A stretch of 64,000 nt of DNA from an uncultured Chlamydiae bacterium (lineage in GTDB: Bacteria; Chlamydiota; Chlamydiia; Chlamydiales; Parachlamydiaceae): the NCBI GenBank assembly GCA_963754655.1, contig CAVWGN010000001.1:160001-224000 (forward strand). The letters run 5' to 3'. Each line of letters opens with the position of its first letter. Positions within the stretch are counted from its first letter, which is position 1. The translations under genes and the position numbers were made by a program. The notes beneath the pieces were generated by a model. The model did no database searches and had not been told where the DNA came from. It was given only the letters and a program-made list of their open reading frames with translations. Positions 30,595 to 39,090 of this stretch are shown here, piece by piece.

Positions 30595-30894
30595 TTAATT
30601 TACTCCAACAATGGAGTCAGAAGTTGATTGATTCCGATGTTTCAATTGATTTTTCTTTTTGAGAACCAAAATTAGCTTTTGCAATTTTTGGAAAGCTAGT
30701 GGTGAGGGTTTAGCTTTTTGGTTTTCCCAACGATTTACTGTAGGAAATGAGACACCGAGCCTAACTGCAAATTGTTCCTGAGTTAATCCCATTTCTATTC
30801 GCAATTTACGGATTTGTTGACCAATTTGGTTTTCAGCACCTTCTTGTGCATCATCAAACTGGAACATACGGTTACCTTTAGGCCTGTTTTTCAT
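30595..30894 (-). CDS. XRE-family HTH regulator
   Basis: IRKLRIEMGLTQEQFAVRLGVSFPTVNRWEN. Confidence 0.9.
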   Translation of the reverse strand: MKNRPKGNRMFQFDDAQEGAENQIGQQIRKLRIEMGLTQEQFAVRLGVSFPTVNRWENQKAKPSPLAFQKLQKLILVLKKKNQLKHRNQSTSDSIVGVN

Positions 30895-31345
30895 ATATCA
30901 GATGATATATTCTACAACAGATTGATAACAAGAAAAATATAGTCTGAAAGGAACTCCATGGAACAACATCTCCATTTTGTCCCAAGCCTATTGTCAAGTG
31001 GAAGAAGGTTGAGAGCCGTTGCAAACGAGATTTGGAGTGGTCCACTTAATTCAACGTTTTATGAATTTATTGAAGACTATGGAATTAACCTTATAGGCGA
31101 CTCTGGTAGATAGAGAAGGAAGAAGAAACGTCTAACGATGAACAAAATGCAAGGGCATTCCATTTCCTTCGACTGGCAAATGCAAAGTTACATCTTTGCC
31201 CTTATACCCATTGTCTATACTTTGCTCTCCGACCCTTCTGGGGGAAAAGGAGCCGCTGACAGCTCCTTTCCTCTAGTCAATCATCTTGGCTAAATCAGCC
31301 ATGCATAATATTCCGTTCTTAATTCGCTCCCATGTTCCTGTTCAA

Positions 31346-32167
31346 TTAACCAATTTGAGAAGCAAATAACTCAAGGATTGAATTGAATTCTTCTGGTTTT
31401 TGCCGAAATACAGCATGCCCACCTTCAATAAAGTGGACCTTGCCAATCAAATTTCTATAGCTTAACGTTTTGATATAGTCATTATTTATTCCCTGGTCAC
31501 CCTTCCCCTGAATAATACAAAGAGGTGTGTCATCAGTTTCAACAAGCGCTTTTTGATCCCCACCAATTCCTTGTCCCATCGATTGAGCTAAGCGCTGGCG
31601 GGCATAACCATCAGTTTTTAGGGCGGCATCAATAATGAAACTTTCTTTTTGAACATCAAATCCACCACTGGTCATAAATTCGGATGCTTCTTCATATGTA
31701 AAGTTTGGCTTTGGAAATAATTCTCCAATGCGTGGATTAAAATTGAAGCCCATGCCCATTCCCTCAGATGAAACTGGGATAGGAGGCGTACCAGAAAGGA
31801 TTAAGCCAGCAAGTTTAGTCCCTTTTTGAATCATGTTTAATCCAATATGACCACCCAAAGACCAGCCCATAATAATTGGACGATCAAGCTGCAATTTTTT
31901 TATAATTTCGTTTGCTACTTCAGCATATCCTTCAATCGTATAAGCTCTTTCTGGATTTAATGCCTTTTGGCTATTGCCATGCCCAGGGAGATCAATCAAA
32001 ACACAACGATGTTTACCCGCTAAATTTTCATATTGATAAGAAAAACATTCTTTGCAGGCAGAATTTCCGTGAAGAAATAAGATTGGACGTCCCGATCCTG
32101 GAATATCAAAAATGGCGATATTTCCTTGAGAAGTTTCAACGAAATTTTCAGTTGGTTTAACATTCAT
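31346..32167 (-). CDS. Alpha/beta hydrolase, AidH-like AHL lactonase
   Basis: ETSQG.IA, HGNS, DLPGHG, P.RAY.IEGYA, GWSLGGHIG, GTPP, TDG.AR, GGDQ, GHAVFR: block-for-block match to Ochrobactrum AidH as I recall it. Confidence 0.75.
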   Translation of the reverse strand: MNVKPTENFVETSQGNIAIFDIPGSGRPILFLHGNSACKECFSYQYENLAGKHRCVLIDLPGHGNSQKALNPERAYTIEGYAEVANEIIKKLQLDRPIIMGWSLGGHIGLNMIQKGTKLAGLILSGTPPIPVSSEGMGMGFNFNPRIGELFPKPNFTYEEASEFMTSGGFDVQKESFIIDAALKTDGYARQRLAQSMGQGIGGDQKALVETDDTPLCIIQGKGDQGINNDYIKTLSYRNLIGKVHFIEGGHAVFRQKPEEFNSILELFASQIG

Positions 32168-32216
32168 AACTGTTCCTTTTTTTTATTGAGAGCGCTTTTT
32201 GAAAAAGCTCAGGAAT

Positions 32217-32831
32217 TTATATTTTTAAGTACCATACCGAAAAAGAATCATTGAGGTTTTCCAAAGCCGGTATTTGCAATTCAAGAGCCAGCGTGGAATA
32301 AGAAAAATCAGCAATTTTTGTAAAACCTAACTTATTCATTATCACAGCTGATAGCTTGTTTGTCGTTTCACAAAAGAGAGAGGTGGCTCCTATTTCTTTG
32401 CACAATTCTATTTGTTTACAGGTCAGAGCTGTTGCAATTCCTTGTTGCCTATGTTGAGGTAGAATAGCGATACCTGCATTGTGATAAGCAGTTTCTTCAG
32501 ATAATTCGGCTTTCTTTAAAAATAAAGTCTCAGCTTCAACAGCTTTTTTATGAATTGTTGTAAAAATTTGGGTAGATCGATTTTTTTCTGAAGCATCCAG
32601 ATATTCAACATGCTTCCAATATTTAACAGCTTTATTAGCCGAGCATTGACCTATATCGTTCTTACTTTCATCCTTAGCAACATATGAAATTTCAGCATCT
32701 GGAAAAGGCAAAGTAAAACTTACATCCGTCTCATCTCCATTTGCTTGATTAAGCGTTTTTGTCAAAGGCTCGCTTTCCCATGCCGGTCCAAAAAATTGAT
32801 GCCCTGGGATTCCTCTTTCTATACTAAACAT
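32217..32831 (-). CDS. GNAT-family acetyltransferase
   Basis: IAILPQHRQQGIATAL acetyl-CoA motif A; TTNKLSAVIMNKLGF. Confidence 0.85.
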   Translation of the reverse strand: MFSIERGIPGHQFFGPAWESEPLTKTLNQANGDETDVSFTLPFPDAEISYVAKDESKNDIGQCSANKAVKYWKHVEYLDASEKNRSTQIFTTIHKKAVEAETLFLKKAELSEETAYHNAGIAILPQHRQQGIATALTCKQIELCKEIGATSLFCETTNKLSAVIMNKLGFTKIADFSYSTLALELQIPALENLNDSFSVWYLKI

Positions 32832-32896
32832 AATGATCTCCTTTTTATTTTTTACTCATTTATGTTTAAATGTTAAATGATCAAATCAATTACGTT

Positions 32897-32917
32897 GTAG
32901 GGTAAAAATTACCCTAC
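32897..32917. promoter_or_regulatory. Palindromic operator candidate (lux-box-like) upstream of GNAT-hydrolase
   Basis: gtagggtaa-aaa-ttaccctac, perfect 9-bp arms, about 65 bp upstream of the GNAT start. Could alternatively be a terminator of luxR. Confidence 0.55.
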
Positions 32918-32935
32918 TGAACTTAAAGTGATTAG

Positions 32936-33691
32936 TTAGGTGTTCAATAAATCCCATTTCGATGAACAACCTAATTTTATTTTTACATTGTCCAAGTAAT
33001 GTTCAACAGTGCGTTGTGAAAGTCCTAGTTTTGCAGCTGTTGATTGGGCTGAATTGCCCATTTTGAACATTTCAAGGCATTTTTGTTCTTGTGGAGATAG
33101 TTTCCAAATCTCCGCGAAGAATTGTTGTTCAAGATGATGGTTTTTTGACAAAGGAAGATGTTCTGAGAGATTGAGAAATTTATTTTCTCTAGCTTTATAG
33201 ATATTGTATTTTTCTGAAGACATTCTTCCAATAATAGACTGGGCTTCTCTTTTAAAATAGCGAGAAAATTTTTTAAGTAAATCTAGCTTTTCGAGATAAT
33301 CTGACAAAGTATCTACGCCCGAATTTTTATTAGCAAAAATAAACCCTTCCATTTGTCCAGGATTGCATTCTAACGAGAGAAATAAGTAATCTGTTTTAAA
33401 TTGATCTTTTAAAAAGCATTGAGTTTCTTCATCATAAGTGCAAGGAGTATAAACATGTCCTGAACGGAATAAATCAGGATGTGACATATAGGGATTATTC
33501 AGATACAGCTTTTGAAAGTAATATAATTCCATGAAGTCAAAAGCATTTGATAAAATTCCAAAATGCCCATCTTTTTCAATGAAATAATAAGTAAAAAAAT
33601 CAATGCCAAGATATTGAATTAATGGCAAACAAATCTGTTTAATCTTTTTATCATTCTTAATTGAATAATTTGCAATAATATCGTCTAACAT
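32936..33691 (-). CDS. LuxR-family solo transcriptional regulator
   Basis: C-terminal LSPQEQKCL...G.SAQSTAAKLGLSQRTVEHYLDNVKIKLGC; N-terminal autoinducer-binding-like domain. Confidence 0.88.
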   Translation of the reverse strand: MLDDIIANYSIKNDKKIKQICLPLIQYLGIDFFTYYFIEKDGHFGILSNAFDFMELYYFQKLYLNNPYMSHPDLFRSGHVYTPCTYDEETQCFLKDQFKTDYLFLSLECNPGQMEGFIFANKNSGVDTLSDYLEKLDLLKKFSRYFKREAQSIIGRMSSEKYNIYKARENKFLNLSEHLPLSKNHHLEQQFFAEIWKLSPQEQKCLEMFKMGNSAQSTAAKLGLSQRTVEHYLDNVKIKLGCSSKWDLLNT

Positions 33692-33827
33692 GGCTTTAAT
33701 GAAATTTTATACTAATTGTACCTGATTTGATTGTTTAATGATAGCCATAGTTTTCTGATTGGTTTTCTAATTGCATTCTGCACAACAAGTATAGATTTTA
33801 AAGAAAATATTACAGGAATTTCTAGAA

Positions 33828-34241
33828 CTATTCTTCACTTGTAACGCAATCGGCTTCTGTTTCTATAAGCCACTCCTTATTGATGAATCCCTTTACCTCA
33901 ACGAATGTACAGGCTGGACGAATGTCGGAGAAAAATTCACCATGGGCTTTAGCAGCTTCTTTCCAGGAATTTATATCCACAAGCATTATCCGAGTTCGGA
34001 CGACATTTTGAAGTGAACCACCCGCCTCTTCGATTGCCTTTTTCATAATTTCTATACAGTATCTAGTTTGTTCATAGACATTATTGATGCCTATCGTTCG
34101 GCCGTCTGGGCCAATTGCAGCTGTGCCAGCCACAGCTATTATGTTGCCGACTCTAGCCGCACGTGAGAAGCCAATGGGTCCTTCCATAGGCGAGCCGGAC
34201 GATATATTTTTTCTATCCATTTTTTCCTTTACAAATACCAA
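33828..34241 (-). CDS. RidA/YjgF family protein
   Basis: SSGSPME..IGFSRA, VAGT, VVRTRI, HGEFF..IRPA.T.VEV...LIE.EA. Confidence 0.88.
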   Translation of the reverse strand: MVFVKEKMDRKNISSGSPMEGPIGFSRAARVGNIIAVAGTAAIGPDGRTIGINNVYEQTRYCIEIMKKAIEEAGGSLQNVVRTRIMLVDINSWKEAAKAHGEFFSDIRPACTFVEVKGFINKEWLIETEADCVTSEE

Positions 34242-34368
34242 TTTAACTTAGTTATTGAGGTTGTTATCATTGACGAGGCGGCCTTTTTAGACAATCTTTT
34301 GTAGCGAAGAAGCTTTATCTAATTTTTTCAATTTTCATAGAGCTATTTTCCTATCTAATGCTTTGCAT

Positions 34369-34390
34369 CATTCACCACCTATCCACCACC
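34369..34390 (+). repeat. Putative integrase arm-type sites (right)
   Basis: cattcaccacctatccaccacc, matching 24035-24056. Confidence 0.65.
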
Positions 34391-34452
34391 TGAAGAAAAA
34401 TAAGGACTTACAAAAAGCGGTCAAGCATTCATAAGTCCTTGGAAGAAAAGAA

Positions 34453-34527
34453 TCTGAGTGGTGAGATTCGAACTCACGACCCCTTGCACCCCATGCAAGT
34501 GCGCTAGCCAAGCTGCGCTACACCCAG
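34453..34527 (-). tRNA. tRNA-Pro (GGG)
   Basis: CTGGGTG TA GCGC AGCTTGGCTA GCGC A CTTGC ATGGGGT GCAAG GGGTC GTGAG TTCGAAT CTCAC CACTCAG A folds as a cloverleaf; CCA not encoded. Confidence 0.95.
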
Positions 34528-34537
34528 ATAAAAGAAA

Positions 34538-34786
34538 TTAGACGTGAACTAAGCCTTCAAATTGAAGCTTTGTTTCTGACATGCGTACAGCAATTCGACC
34601 ACATTCTTCTATAATTTTTTCTAGAGGATCGCCTGCATGAACATTCGCTTGACTAATATCAACTGAGATAGAAGAACTAAACGTAGCGCCGCCTTTCATG
34701 CCTTTAACACGAAAATTTGCAAATAGGCCATCTTTCTTTTTAGTGATACTGATAAAACGGACTAAATTATTTTCAGCAATGTTCAT
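34538..34786 (-). CDS. Small conserved chlamydial hypothetical protein (CT631-like)
   Basis: MNIAENNLVRFISI..K.DG.FANF.V.G.KGGATF; next to tRNA-Pro. Family assignment from recalled synteny. Confidence 0.6.
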   Translation of the reverse strand: MNIAENNLVRFISITKKKDGLFANFRVKGMKGGATFSSSISVDISQANVHAGDPLEKIIEECGRIAVRMSETKLQFEGLVHV

Positions 34787-34859
34787 AACGCAACCTACTC
34801 TTGAAGGTCCTCTAATATAAAGAACCATGGGGTTTATCGTCAAGAGCAACGAAATTTCT

Positions 34860-35270
34860 GTTCACGACTAACGTCTCATCAATTTTTTAGTCAATCTCAT
34901 TAACCGCATAATTTGTTTTGTGGATCATTTGATTATAACTTGTTTTTATTGGAAGATAACTTTGCCTGTTTTGTCAATAGATCAAATCCATGAACAAAGC
35001 AATCACAGCCTGTGAACGAGTTATTAACAGCTTTTTTAACATAAAAATGACATTTTTATCCGTCCTTTGAGTTAAAAAAATTCATTTAAAACCTATTGTG
35101 AAAAGGAATCATAAAAAAACAGATTCTTTTAAACCTAATTCAATAAATAAGTTATGAACAAATCCACAACAACTAAAGAAGAAGAAGTAAATCTATATCT
35201 TTCTCTTCTTCTTCAGACTGTGGGGAAAAGTTTATTGATTAGCTGTAAAACAAAGACTGTGCAAAAATGA
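34860..35270. promoter_or_regulatory. Candidate chromosomal replication origin (oriC-like module 2)
   Basis: DnaA-box-like TGTGGATCA, TTATTAACA, TGTGAAAAG, TTATGAACA/AAATCCACA tandem, TGTGGGGAA, TGTGCAAAA; GAA triplets around an AT-rich core. Confidence 0.6.
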
Positions 35271-35309
35271 ATAGAGATGGCATTTTAAAAGCTTAGCGCT
35301 CTATTACCA

Positions 35310-35745
35310 AATAGGAAATTTTCTGCGTGGGTACGTGGAAAATTTAAGAAGGAGTGACCTTTAAGGCATTGGAGGAAGGTGTCGTCATGAGCAGGTGAAT
35401 CCATTTTATGGTTCTTAAATTTGTTGTTATTGCGATTTTGTGGACCCTCGAAATCGCGATAGAAATAAGTTTAAGTGTCTCAATTGTGGACATGAGAACC
35501 ATCTGATCAGGTTGCCGCAATGAACTATCTGAGAAGATGTGGCAATATGACACCATTGGACGAAGCCTGCCTTGCAGCTAAGTAAACTATTCTTTTAGAT
35601 CGATCCCATCGCTGATTGGAAGCCGGGCAACCGGCCACTGAGATGTCTTTCGAAATAAAGAAAATATCACAGCCGGTAGAAATGATTTTGCAAACCGGGT
35701 GGTCAATCAAAGAGCGAAACAAAATAAACACGTTTTAACACGTTT
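35310..35745 (+). pseudogene. tnpB: IS200/IS605/IS607-family TnpB C-terminal remnant
   Basis: With frameshifts and stops: NRKFSAWVRG..FKALEEG.RHEQVNPFYGS*ICCYCDFVDPRNRDRNKFKCLNCGHENH.DQVAAMNY..TILLDRSHR*LEAGQPAT (zinc ribbon plus RuvC-III D..AA.N). Confidence 0.8.
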
Positions 35746-35760
35746 TTAGGAACAAGCTAT

Positions 35761-35976
35761 ATGATGGGAAGTGGGGAAATTTTGGTCATTTTAGTTGTGA
35801 TTCTTATTCTCTTTGGAGGAAAGAGATTGCCTGAATTTGCCCAAAGTTTAGGCAAAGGAATTCGAGAGTTTAAAAAGGCTTGCAACGGTGATGAAGCTTT
35901 GTCTTCTACAGAGGAAGTGAAACGTGACCCCTTACCTCCTTCTCTTCCAAATGATTCATCCAATGACCGATCATAA
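35761..35976 (+). CDS. tatA: Twin-arginine translocase TatA/E
   Basis: GEILVILVVILILFGGKRLPEFAQSLGKGIREFKK. Confidence 0.95.
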   Translation: MMGSGEILVILVVILILFGGKRLPEFAQSLGKGIREFKKACNGDEALSSTEEVKRDPLPPSLPNDSSNDRS

Positions 35977-35978
35977 GC

Positions 35979-36893
35979 TTGACTATGCAAGAATATTGGG
36001 CTGGCTTTTGGGAACATATTGATGATTTGCGGCATACGCTTCTACGATCTTTACTCATTGTAGGCGTAGGATTTCTAGGCGTATTGACATTTTATCAGCC
36101 TATTTTGCAGTTTTTGACTGCTTATTCTGTTGAATATACCGAAGGAAACTTGATCAAGCAGCAAGTGCAAAGAATTCAAATCATTAATCAAACCTCTAAA
36201 GATCAAATATTTGATTTGCCCGCCCATGCCTGGCTCATTTCAAACTTAACCCCGGAAAAGAAAGAAGGCAGCTCTTATCGCCTCGCACCTGGGCAAGTTT
36301 TTCTTTATGAAGAAGTGATTCATTCTTCTCTTTTAATTATGGGACCCCTCGAAGGACTGATTTTAGTCTTTAGAATGTGTTTTTGGCTGAGTATTGTCTT
36401 GACTGCTCCCTTGTGGGGATGGATCTGGCTTCAATTTATTTGGCCTGGTTTAAAAGAGCGGGAGCGAGCTCTTGTGATTCCCTTCCTGCTCTGCTCTTTG
36501 CTTTGCCTCGGAATAGGAATTGCCTTTGCCTATTCTTTTACCCTTCCAATGGCAAACCAATTTCTCACCCTTTTCAATAGCGCAATTGGTCAAAATGCAT
36601 GGACAATTACTCATTATGTCAATTACATCTTGATGCTTTGTTTAGGACATGCGGTTGCTGCTGAGTTAGCTTTGTTGCTTTTCATACTTGTTCACTTTCG
36701 TTTTTTATCGCCTCATTGGCTAGTGGCTAAGCGACGCTATATGGTGATAGTAGCCTTTATCATGGGGGCGCTTTTAACACCGCCCGATGTCCTAACCCAA
36801 CTTCTTTTAGCTTTTCCCCTTATTGCATTTTATGAGATGGCGATTCTATATGCCAAATGGCTGAACCGCTCGACTTATACAAATTCTACATGA
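35979..36893 (+). CDS. tatC: Twin-arginine translocase TatC
   Basis: EHIDDLR, FIWPGL..RER, KRRY, GALLTPPDVLTQ...FYE. Confidence 0.93.
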   Translation: MTMQEYWAGFWEHIDDLRHTLLRSLLIVGVGFLGVLTFYQPILQFLTAYSVEYTEGNLIKQQVQRIQIINQTSKDQIFDLPAHAWLISNLTPEKKEGSSYRLAPGQVFLYEEVIHSSLLIMGPLEGLILVFRMCFWLSIVLTAPLWGWIWLQFIWPGLKERERALVIPFLLCSLLCLGIGIAFAYSFTLPMANQFLTLFNSAIGQNAWTITHYVNYILMLCLGHAVAAELALLLFILVHFRFLSPHWLVAKRRYMVIVAFIMGALLTPPDVLTQLLLAFPLIAFYEMAILYAKWLNRSTYTNST

Positions 36894-36922
36894 GACTAAA
36901 ACCAAAAACGAAGAATAACTCA

Positions 36923-37324
36923 CTATTTTACTCTTACATAGATAAGATCATTTTTGTCCTGATCATCTAAATAAATACGCCATTTCTCGGCAATCAAACC
37001 AAATTCTTCTAAAAGTTCTTTAAAATGATGATGGGTTAAAGATTGAGCTTGTCCCAAATAATTAAGTTTAATTTGAAATAACTGCTCATCTACTGTCAAA
37101 AAAGTCAGAATGGAGGGGTGGAAAAAAGGAGATTTGTGGGACAAGCACCGTCTAACACTACTGGGAATGTAATTACTTCCCTCGTAAACGAGTGCTGTTA
37201 AAGAAATCTTTGATGCATCATCAATGACCCGAATCATGATGTCAGATCCATCAAATGGAATTTGAATCGAATCTCCACCTGCTAATTGGCTTAATATTTG
37301 TTGAATATCCTTTTCAACTAACAT
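36923..37324 (-). CDS. Hypothetical protein
   Basis: Open ORF; start placed at ATG 37324; no clear motif. Confidence 0.6.
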   Translation of the reverse strand: MLVEKDIQQILSQLAGGDSIQIPFDGSDIMIRVIDDASKISLTALVYEGSNYIPSSVRRCLSHKSPFFHPSILTFLTVDEQLFQIKLNYLGQAQSLTHHHFKELLEEFGLIAEKWRIYLDDQDKNDLIYVRVK

Positions 37325-37553
37325 AATTTTCACCGATAATAAAAGGTTTAAAGAGATCAATAATCGCCTCTTACTTATATTGTATTACTATTTGCATTAA
37401 ATAGATATATATTTTGTTTTTTAATTAATTTAAATAGTTTGATTAATTGATAGAGGATTATGAAAAAAATAACAAATTATTAAAAAAAATTAATAATTTT
37501 TTTAATTTAATTACTCTGTGATAGAGAATTTTCGGAGAATGTTAGAGATCGTG

Positions 37554-37871
37554 TCAACGATAAGCCTTTACGGCTTCTTTAAGCTTTTGCTGCAGGTGTT
37601 TCCATGATTCATAGGAGCACTCAGCCTCTGCTATGGCATGGTAAAGCTCAGCTTCATTGATTGGTGAGGAAAGCTGAGAAGAGGGCGAAGAACCAACATA
37701 GTGCGAATAAATAGGGCTATGTGATTGATTGGTTTGACTTTGTGGGGGATCCCATTCAGGAAGCTGTAGCTGCAAATTTTTATCAATAAAAGGCTTAGAT
37801 GGGCCTCCAATTTTATATTGGGATAGCTTGTCTCGGCAGCATTCAGAATAAACCACGAAAAACTCCCACAA
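37554..37871 (-). CDS. Hypothetical protein
   Basis: ORF only; weak support. Confidence 0.35.
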   Translation of the reverse strand: MWEFFVVYSECCRDKLSQYKIGGPSKPFIDKNLQLQLPEWDPPQSQTNQSHSPIYSHYVGSSPSSQLSSPINEAELYHAIAEAECSYESWKHLQQKLKEAVKAYR

Positions 37872-37984
37872 AAAACACCTTATTTCCTATTTGTAACGTG
37901 CTCTAAGAATTCCAAGCAAGCTGAATTTTTAAAAATTTTCAATATAAAAAAAGAATGAAGTCATAAATAAAATGATATCTAGAT

Positions 37985-39090
37985 CTAGGGAGCTTTGACG
38001 CACCTTGAAGGACTAAAATCTTTTAGGTACGCTCCCTAGTACTCAACCACATTAGTTTTGTGTATTTAGATTGCTTCAAATCCCCGGGGTTGAATTGGCG
38101 TAAGTGGGTCAATATTAGCAATATGGACCCACTTACGCCAATTCAACCCCGGGTAGGGTGTTCATTTTGTGCAAAAAATGAGCTTTATTTTTCACAATAA
38201 TTGGCATAGTTGAATTGAAAGTCGCATGTTTATGCCGTCCTTTCAGGACTCGATGTCTTTTTGATAGAACCCAGGCCTCCGCTTCGCTGCGACCTGGGCT
38301 GTAACATGACGGCCCTTCAGGCCTTAACAAGAGATCTTTAAGTCCCTCTTCTATAGTCCCTAAATCATCTTTTTGTTAAGGCCTGAAGGGCCGTCATGTT
38401 ACAGCCCAGGTCGCAGCGAAGCGGAGGCCTGGGTTCTATCAAAAAGACATCGAGTCCTGAAAGGACGGCATAAACATGCGACTTTCAATTCAACTATGCC
38501 AATTATTGTGAAAAATAAAGCTCATTTTTTGCACAAAATGAACACCCTACCCGGGACTTAACAAAGAACTGTTTTTGGGCTTGATATTCTTCGTGTCAAT
38601 TTAACAACACCCGCCTGTAAAAGGCTTTAGAGGCATATTTCCCGAAAATGATGCAAAAAACCATCAAGCCCAAAACAGTTCTTTGTTAAGTCCCGGCATA
38701 TGGCTAGGTAATCGGAATTTTTTATCTTTGTTTTTGCAATGTTGCTTGATCCATATCCTTTCCCTCAGCGACGAGCGGCGTTAGCCGCGCATGGATAGTA
38801 GCCGTGGGTGTAGGCGCAAGCCGAAACCCACGGTTACCCAAAAAACAAATTTGAGCCACGTTAGTGGCGTAGCATTCGTTTAAATAAACATTGCTCCACA
38901 ATCACATTTCCTACGCCACTAACGTGGCTTCATTTTTTTTACCATACACCGTGGGTTCCGGCTTGCGCCTACACCCACGGCTACTATCCATGCGCGGCTA
39001 ACGCCGCTTGAGCGACAATTTTAGCTTCTGGAGTTTGCCAGAAGCATTTCGTTCCTAGCCTATGGCCGGGACTTAACAAAGAACTGTTTT
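37985..39090. repeat. Chain of abutting palindromic mini-elements joined through CTAG/CCGG
   Basis: Units 37985-38039, 38083-38153 (28-bp perfect arms), 38148-38555 (183-bp perfect arms), 38551-38696, 38693-39069 (inner REP palindrome 38774-39008), and half-unit 39066-39090. Confidence 0.92.

Larger units (their letters stand above)
23841..34500 (+). mobile_element. Integrative element / putative phage satellite in tRNA-Pro(GGG), ~10.6 kb
   Basis: Bounded by 56-bp direct repeats of the tRNA 3' half (50/56 identical); carries integrase, alpA, AAA rep and DUF5681 genes, with cargo on the opposite strand. Confidence 0.9.

Noticed and set aside
30900..31340. Non-coding gap in the island with a small hairpin (aaggagccgctgacagctcctt)
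   Set aside because: I could not assign an RNA family or gene remnant; it may be only a terminator.
32217..32831. GNAT as a LuxI AHL synthase
   Set aside because: It lacks the LuxI N-terminal R..F...W and E.D..D motifs; it has an ordinary acetyl-CoA motif A.
35344..35731. Two short minus-strand ORFs
   Set aside because: They are antisense to the tnpB relic and have no independent support.
38133..38561. Two ORFs with near-identical translations on opposite strands
   Set aside because: They are a by-product of the perfect 183-bp palindrome; TTG starts, no RBS.
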